The notes under the pieces are model-generated. The model made no database searches. It was given only the letters and a program-made list of their open reading frames with translations, and was not told the DNA's origin. A stretch of 28,887 nt of DNA. It comes from Deltaproteobacteria bacterium. Lineage in GTDB: Bacteria; Desulfobacterota; Binatia; UBA12015. Of the stretch, positions 8,001 to 15,929 are shown piece after piece. Position numbers and translations under genes: made by a program. How positions within the stretch are numbered: position 1 is the stretch's first letter; the number at the start of each line of letters is the position of its first letter. The stretch spans positions 1 to 28,887 of the forward strand of contig JAYGCM010000043.1 of assembly GCA_046583355.1 (NCBI GenBank). Reading direction: 5' to 3'.

Positions 8001-8248
8001 AGCCCTCGCCCGAGATTCATTTCCGAGGTGATCCGGTATTCCCCGGACCGGACTCCTTCGGAGTCCGTCGAGAGATACGGCACCGTATAATCGATGGCGT
8101 TCGGCGAGTTGTGTACCAACGGGCTGAACAACTCCAGATCGCCTACATTACCATGCTTGTCGCGGTATTCGCCGGCGCTGCTCAATCCGGGCAGGAGCAA
8201 CACTCCGAAGAGCATCGTAAAGAGTCTGATTTGTAGTTTCATTCTCAT
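5054..8248 (-). CDS. Large secreted multidomain protein: tyrosinase-like di-copper domain, integrin-beta-like VWA, thrombospondin type-3 repeats and RTX-type Ca-binding repeats
   Basis: Sec-type signal peptide. CuA-like HNALTFMTGH (H-x4-F-x3-H) and CuB-like ESGWHNGIHGYMGG...FWTFH. VWA MIDAS DLSGS. DxDxDGxxDxxDNC repeats and many GGxGxDxL nonapeptides. Confidence 0.85.
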   Translation of the reverse strand: MRMKLQIRLFTMLFGVLLLPGLSSAGEYRDKHGNVGDLELFSPLVHNSPNAIDYTVPYLSTDSEGVRSGEYRITSEMNLGRGLTPDFVLNVRVIDDTAGKGAELVIRNHPTTAPRAPILRLLTCPPGAPACNAIEDKRIENDTWGVWVIQDRSDIETYPIELLDARAILQLLDATQLAALPDNATGNWSEIMENHRTNFEQAKFRGDIDNLGNAQNQLLTQRLIEEISVLRPASSAPPLSLVNDYPSGMMVYHSANIIHNALTFMTGHKELIEDMTTVLFKSGQNNSGIYLAWPLNVTFPFGRMPIWLLNQNPPSSSSPQFHYPLPVGWNLGIPAGSVNSVLDTPGCFHPWPSNGEVPNTPDVDPNDPNLHADNLGRFECDVIPTANGFGDRPCTLPTDYTAVGTGVGSSIRSTIESGWHNGIHGYMGGDFLSSVTTAGTAVFWTFHTYASSHTYANWIHAQKRDMPLPVSNIDTAAFIDVYFLVDLSGSYSNDLPTFKIEVPDLIDDLDAQFSAIHFGLARFEDYPIAPFGDAPSGDKAYEQLVDLTATATDVKNAIAGLSVRYGADFQESQLTALYQSATGLGQIFAAPNQVADIPAGQNASFRNGAVKIIILFTDADFHLPGDPGSGGGIPYPGASFADTVAAILALDPPMVIGVSSGGGGITDLRQMARATGALAPAGGADCDGDGDNEVLAGDPLVCTTGIASEGIGAALAGVIKAAVDEAWAKDSDDDGQLDLKDNCPTITNRLQEDSDGDRIGDACDPDDDNDGIADQNDNCLLLSNNDQRDSDEDGIGDICDDDDDGDGVPDSEDACPFLSTPNVIVGTARNDRLRGTPENDMIFGLGGNDRIDGLGGDDCLVGGAGKDRIRGGPGDDILLGGPGKDSLYGEKGRDTLFGGDDRDRLDGGDGDDFLDGGPGRDKLIGRNSANDGSDTMEGGEGDDTLIGGAADDFLHGGPGNDRIIGKDGNDHLDGGAGNDYLIGGRGNDTLQGGPGLDRLKAGAGDDFLGGGHGQDLLVGGSGNDRMDGGGGGPHSGLEDAGVDTCIGGGGKDTAVHCEKVSSVP
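5080..5790 (-). repeat. Hemolysin-type (RTX) GGxGxD nonapeptide repeats
   Basis: About 20 repeats such as GLGGNDRID, GGAGKDRIR, GGPGDDILL, GGPGNDRII, GGAGNDYLI and GGSGNDRMD. Boundaries are approximate. Confidence 0.92.
5805..6065 (-). repeat. Thrombospondin type-3 (Ca-binding) repeats
   Basis: DSDDDGQLDLKDNCP / DSDGDRIGDACD / DDDNDGIADQNDNC / DSDEDGIGDICD / DDDGDGVPDSEDACP. Boundaries are approximate. Confidence 0.9.
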
Positions 8249-8484
8249 GGTCCTCGTACCTCAGGTTATGCGCCAAGAATCCTCTCAATCATGACGATCG
8301 CTGTCAATAGGAAGATCTTCTTCCGCTCGGGTGGTATAGGGGAGGGCGAAAGAACCAACGACCAGGAATGTACCCCGGCCGAACTTCGGCCTCTTCACCG
8401 ATTCCTGCCCCGACCGGTGGGGACGGATGTTGATGCGACGCCTCGTTATATCTCCATTGACCCGGACGCAGCGCTTGGCCACAC

Positions 8485-10716
8485 TTGGCGTGGATGTTTC
8501 GGACGCTTGCATGGCTGCGATTGGCCCTGGGGATCGCTTTTCTCGCTGCCGCGGGTCCCGCCCATGCGGCGCTGCTTGTGGTCGAGGACGGAGGCTCCTT
8601 CGCCAGCATTCAGGCCGCGCTCGATGCCGCGCAGCCCGGCGACACGATTCAGGTGCGCGAGGCCGGTGGGCCGTGGAGGGAGAAGCTGGTCTTTCCGCGC
8701 AGCGGCACAGCCACCGGGGGGTTCATCTCGCTTGAAGCCTACCCGGGCGAGCGGCCCGTACTCGACGGCACGGATGTCGCCGGGGCGAATATGATCCTCA
8801 TCGAGGATCGCAGCTATATCCGTGTCGCTGGCTTCGAGCTGCGCAACAACCTCGGCGTGAACGACGGCTCGGGGGTGCGCATCATCGGCGCCGGGTCGCA
8901 TATCGAGATCCGCGACAACGAGATTCACGAGATGCGCGGCAAGCATGCCATGGGAATCACCGTCTACGGCACCCGCGCGCAATCGATCTCGGAGCTGATC
9001 ATAGACGGCAACGAGATCCATGATTGCGACCCCGCCACCAGCGAGGCATTGACACTGAACGGCAACGTCGAGAATTTCGCAGTCACGAATAATATTGTTC
9101 GCGACGTCAACAATATCGGCATCGATTTCATCGGCGGGGAGACCGATATCCAACCGGACACCGCCAAGGTCGCCCGCGGCGGCGTCTGCTCCGGCAACAC
9201 CATCATTCGCGCCAACTCAAGCTACGGCGGCGGCTATGCCGCAGGAATCTATGTTGATGGCGGCCGCGATATTCTGATCGAGAACAATGTGGTGCAGGGC
9301 AGTGACCTGGGCATCGAGATCGGTGCCGAAAACAGCGGCCTCGTGACCCGGGCTATCGTCGTCCGCAACAATCTGATCTTTGACAACGAGAAGGGCGGCA
9401 TTGTTTTCGGTGGCTACAGCGCATCGACCGGGCGCGTGCAGGGTTCTGAATTCCGCAACAATACGCTCTACCACAACGATACCCTGGGTAGCGGCAATGG
9501 TGAGTTCTGGGTGCAATGGGCGAGCGGCAACACGATCCGCAACAATATCGTGTACGCATCCAGCCAGAATGTGCTGGTCGCTTCCTGGCAGAACGGCAAC
9601 CAGAACAACGATTTCCATCACAACCTCTGGTACGCGGGCGCGGGCGCGGCAGCGGCAAAATTCATCTGGAACGAAAAACTCCATACCGGGTTCGACACCT
9701 GGCGCAACGCGACCGGGCAGGGCAGTGATTCGCTCTTTGCCGATCCGCTTCTCAGGGATGCTCCGGGCGCCGATTTTCACCTGCTTGCCCAGTCCCCGGC
9801 GATCAATATCGGCGACCCGCTGACCGTCGTCGCGCCGACCGAGGTCGATCTCGACGGCGCAGAGCGGCGCAGCGGACCAGGCATCGACATCGGTGCCGAT
9901 GAGGTCAGTTGCGGTGACCTGATCGTGAATCCGGGCGAAGAATGCGATGATGGCAACACGGTCGACGGTGATGGATGCGACTCAAATTGTACCTTTACCG
10001 GATGCGGCAACGGCATTCTCACCGGCGCGGAGCAATGCGACGACGGCAACCTCGACGATACCGATTGTTGTCGCGCGAACTGCCTGCTGGCAGCCGACGG
10101 GGCGAGCTGCGACGATGGCCGCGGTTGTACCCAAATCGATCATTGCACGGCCGGCACCTGCGCCGGACTCACCATCCCCGATCCCTTCTGCCACCGCACC
10201 TACGGATCTACCGCGCTTCTTCTGGTGGCGCCCGGCCGCGTAAGCCTGCGTGACAAACTGGTCGTCTCATTGGGGCGCGGAACAATGACATTCCAATCCC
10301 TCGGCGACCCGACCCGCGAAGATGGCCCCAGCGTCGAATTCTGCCTCTACGACGGCAACGGCGGCGGCCTGCTCGGGTTTGACCTGGTCATGGAATCCCT
10401 CGTACCCGCCGGCGGACGATGCGACGGAAAGAGCTGCTGGAAGACGCTTCCTGGCAAGAGAAAGGGGTTTCTCTACCGCGACCGCAGCGGCGGCAACGAC
10501 GGAATCACCAAGGTCCTTCTCAAGGCCGGGGATAACTCGGCCCGAGTACAGGTGAAGGGCCGCGGCACCAGGCTCAACCCTCCCACGCTTCCCCTCGCAG
10601 AGTCGCCCAGTGTTGTTGCACAGATCCGGACCTCCCTCGGTATCTGCATCTCCAACGAGTTCGCGGCACCGGCGCGAGTCAACCGCGACACCCTCTTCAA
10701 GGCCAAACTTCCGTAG
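8485..10716 (+). CDS. Secreted right-handed beta-helix (pectin-lyase fold) protein with Cys-rich (Myxococcus/DUF4215-type) repeats and a C-terminal domain of unknown function
   Basis: Signal peptide ends in AHA; ATG at 8494 is an alternative start. 'SIQAALDAAQPGDTIQV' and 'EAYPGERPVLDG' are followed by Asn-ladder repeats, then 'DFHLLAQSPAINIG...DIGADE', then CGD/NG....EECDDGN repeats. Confidence 0.85.
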   Translation: MAWMFRTLAWLRLALGIAFLAAAGPAHAALLVVEDGGSFASIQAALDAAQPGDTIQVREAGGPWREKLVFPRSGTATGGFISLEAYPGERPVLDGTDVAGANMILIEDRSYIRVAGFELRNNLGVNDGSGVRIIGAGSHIEIRDNEIHEMRGKHAMGITVYGTRAQSISELIIDGNEIHDCDPATSEALTLNGNVENFAVTNNIVRDVNNIGIDFIGGETDIQPDTAKVARGGVCSGNTIIRANSSYGGGYAAGIYVDGGRDILIENNVVQGSDLGIEIGAENSGLVTRAIVVRNNLIFDNEKGGIVFGGYSASTGRVQGSEFRNNTLYHNDTLGSGNGEFWVQWASGNTIRNNIVYASSQNVLVASWQNGNQNNDFHHNLWYAGAGAAAAKFIWNEKLHTGFDTWRNATGQGSDSLFADPLLRDAPGADFHLLAQSPAINIGDPLTVVAPTEVDLDGAERRSGPGIDIGADEVSCGDLIVNPGEECDDGNTVDGDGCDSNCTFTGCGNGILTGAEQCDDGNLDDTDCCRANCLLAADGASCDDGRGCTQIDHCTAGTCAGLTIPDPFCHRTYGSTALLLVAPGRVSLRDKLVVSLGRGTMTFQSLGDPTREDGPSVEFCLYDGNGGGLLGFDLVMESLVPAGGRCDGKSCWKTLPGKRKGFLYRDRSGGNDGITKVLLKAGDNSARVQVKGRGTRLNPPTLPLAESPSVVAQIRTSLGICISNEFAAPARVNRDTLFKAKLP

Positions 10717-10793
10717 TCGACCACCCGAGGGCGCGGCGGCGCGTTCGGGAACCTGGGGCGAATATGCCATGTCTTGGCTAACTCGGAGGAGAT

Positions 10794-11204
10794 ATGGAAA
10801 AAATCAAACGACCCGCATTTCTTACAGGCATGGCCCTGCTCTTCACTCTGCTCGCGATCTCCAACGCGACCAAATGGCTGCAGGCTGGCGCCAACCCCAT
10901 CTCCGGCTTCGTCCTGCTCGGTGTGCGCTACGACACCCTCGCCATGAACCTCGCCCTCGGGCTGCCCTTCGCGGCCCTGCTGGCGGCCTATGCGCGCGGA
11001 CTATGGACGATGCGCCGCTGGGTCACCTGGATCGCCGTACCCTATGCCTTCTATGTTCCGACGAACCTGGTTCTCTTCTGGTTCTTCGATGCGGCAGGCG
11101 AGCTCCCCCCCATCACCTTCATTCTCGGCTACCTCTTCTTGGCCTTGGGAGGCTCGATCGGCACCGCGCTCTATCTGATGCGCCACTACGACGACCTGGA
11201 GTAG
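10794..11204 (+). CDS. Hypothetical integral membrane protein (about 4 TM)
   Basis: Strong GGAGGAG RBS before the ATG; 136 aa, mostly hydrophobic. No family recognised. Confidence 0.75.
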   Translation: MEKIKRPAFLTGMALLFTLLAISNATKWLQAGANPISGFVLLGVRYDTLAMNLALGLPFAALLAAYARGLWTMRRWVTWIAVPYAFYVPTNLVLFWFFDAAGELPPITFILGYLFLALGGSIGTALYLMRHYDDLE

Positions 11205-11255
11205 GTTTCTGCTCGGAGCGGCACCCTGGGAGGCCCGTTCGATGTCGGCAGACAA

Positions 11256-13655
11256 TCAGGCGGTCGGCTGGGGCACCCGCGAGAAGACTGCGATACCGAA
11301 GAGGTAGATCGCCAGGCCGACCAGCATCACGGTTTGGAAGCCCATCGTCATCGAGAGCAGGGTTGCGAGAACCGAAGCCACGACCGAGAAGAAGCCGTTC
11401 ACGGCCCAACACCAGGCGACGTATTCCTCGCCATGGTCCGAGAGAACCGAAACCGTACGCAGACCCAGAGCCATGAACAAGCCCAGGCAGAGACCCAAGG
11501 GCGCCAGCAGCAGGAAGGCAATCCCCGCTCGCATCAGGAGCGGCAAGGTAACCCCGGCCTCGACGATCGGCGTGAGCGCAAACTGATAAAAGATCACCAA
11601 CGCCGAGAGCGCCACGGCCAGCACCGAGAAGGCCCGGTTGCGCTGTGTCGCGAACTTCTCGCTGAGCAGGCTGCCCACGCCGCTGGAGAGCAGTAGCGAG
11701 AAAAGCGTCACTGTCAGCGAATAGGTTGGGTAGCCGAGAAATAAAGTCAACTGCTGAATCAGGCAGACCTCGATGAACATGAAGCCGAGGCCCAAGGACA
11801 TGAAGTAGATACCGGACGGCGTTTTGTAAGAGATCTGACGCCAGATGTCGCGCAAGAAAATCAGCGGCGCAAGCAGGAAGATAGCCGCCAGCATCACCGC
11901 AGCGACCAGAAGAGCGATCTGGGCTTTCTCGCCCACGCCTTCTTCGAGGTTCATCGTAGTCGTGCCGTCGCCGCCAAAGATCACATCGGAAAAGGAGACG
12001 AAATGCCAGAAGAACGGTGAATTATCGGTGATCGGTCCGACCAGATAGGGGTAGGCATCGTAGAACGCCTTGCGCTCGGCGCCTTCGAGAAGGATCACCG
12101 AACCGACCCGTACCTCGGCGTCCGTCGCTCCCGGGCTATAGAGGACGCGGTTGCCCGTAAGGCTCGCGCTGGTCTGGCGGAAGGTTGCGATATCGGCCGG
12201 TGTGAAGGGAGTCTTCTTCAGCACGATGGTGACCGTCTCGAGCTTACCGAAGCCGGGCGAGACAGCAGCCATCACATGCGCGGGGAAGTCCTCGATGCCG
12301 AGTTCGCGAAATGCCTCGCGCGCCGTTGCCAGATAGCGCATGGTGCGGTTGGGCTTGTCGACGAATTCGATCTCGCCGAATTGCGCTGTGAGAAGACCGT
12401 TCGGCGTCAGATGCCGCACGACCGTCTCGATCATTTCGCGCGTATAGAGGTAGCTCTCGGAGAGCACAAAGGCGCCGGATGTCGCCGAGTTCATCGCGGC
12501 GTAACTATCGGGCGCGACCAGCCAGATCAGGTCGAAATTCTCGCCCGATCCTTCGAGGTAGGCCCGCCCCTCGGCGTTCACGATCGACACCTTGGGATGG
12601 TAAACCAAATTCCCCGTGAACTCGGCGAACTCCTCGTGCAAGAGGTCAACCGTAACCGGGTTGAGTTCGATGCCCGTGACATGCTCGGCACCGAAATGAA
12701 GCGCTGCCATTACCTCATTGCCACCGGCCGAACCGATGATAGCGACTTTGGCGCCCTCTCCCAGAATCCTGAAAGGATATTGCCGTTCTTCCGAATCGTA
12801 ACGTGCAAGCGAGTCAATATCGCCGTCCCAGGAATGGATCGCGGAGCCCAGCGTGCCGTCGTGGATCAGAAAATTGACCGGGTAACCGTCGCTGGGAACC
12901 GGCACCACATCGACCCGGAATACCGGGCTCCAGGCCGTATGAACGGCGCCCTGCATCAAGCCGCCCTTCACCCGATCGCGCACCGGATCCGGCATAAGGC
13001 CTGGAGAAATTGCGAAGAAGAGCGCGACGGCACCGGTCGCCACCATACCCGCCTGCCATTTCACCCCGGCCTCTTTCGCCAAACCGATGCCGGCAATCGA
13101 AAAAAGGAAGCCGGCAAGCAGGACCACACCCGGCGGAGTGAACCAGACCAATGCCGGGATGATGAAGACACAGCCGAGGGCGGCACCGACGAGGTCGGCA
13201 AAATAAAGCCGCCCGATGCGCTCGGTGTTGGTGGCGAAGATTGTCGCCAAAGCGACGCCGGCGGCGGCAAAGGGCGTGAATAGGGTCAGCAGCAGAATCG
13301 CCAGCTTGCCGCCTTCGAGCGCAACGGTATCCCAACGCCCCTGGCTCGCATGCATCACCATGCGGAAGAGGTTCATCGGCATCATCGCGGTCACGAAGTA
13401 GCCGAGCGTCACGCTGATCGAGGCGATCAGAGTGCAACCGAGAATCAGGCGCGCCGGCGGCATGCGGCGCAACCAGGCAAAGAGCGCGACGAAAACACCA
13501 CCGGCGCCGAGGCCGAGCAGCGAGACGCCGATCACCAGGTAGGTGAAATAATAGACCAGCTTGTAGGAGAAGACCCGCGTATAGCTCACCTCCAGAACGA
13601 TCACCGCCAGGGCGATGAGGAAGGTTTCAAAATAGAGCTTGCGGTCTTTCGCCAT
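11256..13655 (-). CDS. Membrane-embedded spermidine-synthase-like / class I SAM-dependent transferase
   Basis: N- and C-terminal TM bundles flank a soluble domain with 'KVAIIGSAGGNEVMAALHFGAEHVTGIELNP', 'AEGRAYL', 'FDLI', 'LSESYLYTRE' and 'PITDNSPFFWH'. Confidence 0.85.
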   Translation of the reverse strand: MAKDRKLYFETFLIALAVIVLEVSYTRVFSYKLVYYFTYLVIGVSLLGLGAGGVFVALFAWLRRMPPARLILGCTLIASISVTLGYFVTAMMPMNLFRMVMHASQGRWDTVALEGGKLAILLLTLFTPFAAAGVALATIFATNTERIGRLYFADLVGAALGCVFIIPALVWFTPPGVVLLAGFLFSIAGIGLAKEAGVKWQAGMVATGAVALFFAISPGLMPDPVRDRVKGGLMQGAVHTAWSPVFRVDVVPVPSDGYPVNFLIHDGTLGSAIHSWDGDIDSLARYDSEERQYPFRILGEGAKVAIIGSAGGNEVMAALHFGAEHVTGIELNPVTVDLLHEEFAEFTGNLVYHPKVSIVNAEGRAYLEGSGENFDLIWLVAPDSYAAMNSATSGAFVLSESYLYTREMIETVVRHLTPNGLLTAQFGEIEFVDKPNRTMRYLATAREAFRELGIEDFPAHVMAAVSPGFGKLETVTIVLKKTPFTPADIATFRQTSASLTGNRVLYSPGATDAEVRVGSVILLEGAERKAFYDAYPYLVGPITDNSPFFWHFVSFSDVIFGGDGTTTMNLEEGVGEKAQIALLVAAVMLAAIFLLAPLIFLRDIWRQISYKTPSGIYFMSLGLGFMFIEVCLIQQLTLFLGYPTYSLTVTLFSLLLSSGVGSLLSEKFATQRNRAFSVLAVALSALVIFYQFALTPIVEAGVTLPLLMRAGIAFLLLAPLGLCLGLFMALGLRTVSVLSDHGEEYVAWCWAVNGFFSVVASVLATLLSMTMGFQTVMLVGLAIYLFGIAVFSRVPQPTA

Positions 13656-13761
13656 GGGGGAACCTCGGATAGACCCGGCCGAAGCGGCGGGATGTTGCGG
13701 GAGAATTCTCGAATTTTCCTAACCCGTCGCCGGCACGGTGTCGACCAACCCCGGAGCTCAA

Positions 13762-13810
13762 GCCGCCATATCTCACCACGATTCGGTGCGAGAGTACCGA
13801 GATAGGCGGC
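13762..13810 (-). terminator. Stem-loop immediately downstream of the TonB-dependent receptor stop codon
   Basis: On the minus strand, gccgcc-tatctc...gagata-t-ggcggc forms a 12-bp stem with one bulge. There is no clear U-tract, so it could be a stabiliser rather than a terminator. Confidence 0.45.
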
Positions 13811-15841
13811 TAGAACGCGTAGCTCAGCTCTCCGCCAAAGGTCCTCGGAGCCTCCCAGGCGCGGCGCACGCTGCCGAAGGTCCTTCCGAGATCGAGACCG
13901 GTGTCGAAATGCAGCTGGTTGATGAGATTGCGGCCCCAGAGCGCGACACTCGCGCGGTCGTCGAGAAAATCATACGAGAGCCGCGCATTCAGCAGGTTGT
14001 AGCCCGATTGTTCCAGCGCCCAGGTCTCCGGACCGGAGACATGGAAGCGCGAACGATAGGCCCACTCGAGCCGGGGCGTCAGCCAACCGCGCAGCCATGG
14101 CTGCACCGGGAAATTCACCGGCACCGCGTATTGCACGGCAATAAAGGTCTGTAGCGACGGCGAATTGTTCAACGTCTGTCCCGCGCGATCAATCACTTCA
14201 CCCGTAATACTGTCGATCGCTCCGGGGAAGGAGTCGAAGCGGGCGTCCATATACCCCAGCGTGCCGCTGATGCGGAGGCCTTCTAGCGGCACGACCTGAA
14301 GCTCCGCCTCAAAACCCCGAATCATCGCCTCGGCTGCGTTCAATGTGAGACGGCGCACCGAGATCGTTCCATCGGGAAGCTCGGTCGCATCCGTTACGGT
14401 CTGTTGGATATCGGCGTAAGCCGATTGAAAAATCGCCAGATTGACCGTGAGACGCTGCTCGAACGCGACTGATTTGATGCCGATCTCAAAGCTATCGAGA
14501 GTCTCGGGACCGAAGGGCTCCAACTGGTTTCCCTCGGCCGAGGGGTCGATCACGGCATTGAAGCCACCGCCCTTGAAACCGCGAGCATAGGTGAAATAGC
14601 CCATCAAATGATCCAGCTCGGTACCGTCGAGAAGATCTTCCGGCGCCGAGACCGCGATGCTGCCCATCGGCGTCCAGGCGTTGAAGACCTGGCGGCCACT
14701 GCCATCGCGGGTCGGCGGCGTTTCGGGTGGCAGAAGGACATTGCGGTTGATCTGCCGCGCCCCCTTCTTGTCTTCGCTATAGCGCAGGCCGGCGGTAAGG
14801 CTGAGCCAGTCGGTCACCTCGGCCGTCGTCTGGCCGAAGAGTGCCCAGGTCCAATTATCCACGGAAATCTCGGACTCCGTCGCGTTGGGCACCCCCGGCG
14901 CGTAGACCGTATTGCCACGAGTTGCGTCCTCCCAAAAACCGAAGGCCCCGGCGACAAAGGAGAGCCTATCGTCCCACGCGCGGCCATCGAGCTGAAGCTC
15001 CTGCTGGATCTGCTGCGAGGTCCCCGGCACACCCTCAACCGGTCCGCCGCCCGCCTGGTTGATGGCGAGCACGGCGAGGCCGGTCCTGCATATAAACGCA
15101 TTGGCCGTTGCGCCCGCGTGTGCGCGTCTTCCACCAAGTGCCCGTTACATCAACCGTGACATCATCGAGGGGCAGCAACCGCAGGGAGCCAAGGAATGTG
15201 ATGCCGCCTGCATCGTCCGTGTACTCGTCGCGGAGGCGATTGTAGCCGTAGCCGCGGCTGTTCTCGGTGCCGACCGAGGCACGCAGAAAGAGCCGGTCGT
15301 CCAGCCAGCCCAGGCGAATCGGCAGGTTCATCATGAACCGCGTATGGATCGCCCCGAAGTTGGCGGGCCGGACGAAGACGGAACCCTCGATCTCTTCACT
15401 GGGCTTGACCGTGGTGACATTCACCGCACCACCAACCGTATTCTTGCCAAAGAGTGTCCCCTGCGGCCCGCGCAGCACCTCGACCTGCTCGATGTCCAGG
15501 ACATCAAAAATCGACCCCTGGGCGCGCGGCAGAAAAACACCGTCAATATAGATGCCGACGCCGGGATCGAACGCCGCGCCCGTGGTCGACGTACCGACGC
15601 CGCGAATCTGAATCGTGGCGCTATTGCCCGGTGTCCCCGAGCGGAAGCTCATATTCGGGACCATCTCCTGGATCTGATCGATCCGGGTGATGCTTGACTC
15701 CAGAAGCGTCGTGGCGCTGAGCGCGATGACGGCCACCGGAGTATCCTCGATTGCCTCTGCGCGGCGCCGCGCCGAGACAACGATTTCCTCGACTCTTTGG
15801 CGGCGCTGGGCGGCGATACCGGCCGGCAGCGTCCCCTCCAC
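13810..15841 (-). pseudogene. TonB-dependent receptor, disrupted (frameshift or deletion near 15085; no signal peptide)
   Basis: The 5' ORF has the TonB box VEEIVVSARRR and plug motif IEQVEVLRGPQGTLFGKNTVGGAVN. The 3' ORF, in another frame, has barrel motifs YFTYARGFKGGGFN, PETLDSFEIGIKS and terminal GGELSYAF. Confidence 0.85.
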
Positions 15842-15929
15842 CGCGTTCCCTTGCGCGATTCCGCCAACGTCACCGCTCGCCGGGATTCCGCTCTGTACAG
15901 CCGGGCCGCTACATGGAAGTGTTTCAATC

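Noticed and set aside
15035..15100. Programmed ribosomal frameshift joining the two TBDR ORFs
   Set aside because: No slippery heptamer or homopolymer run lies at the junction. Sequence appears to be missing and the signal peptide is also absent, so decay is the simpler explanation.
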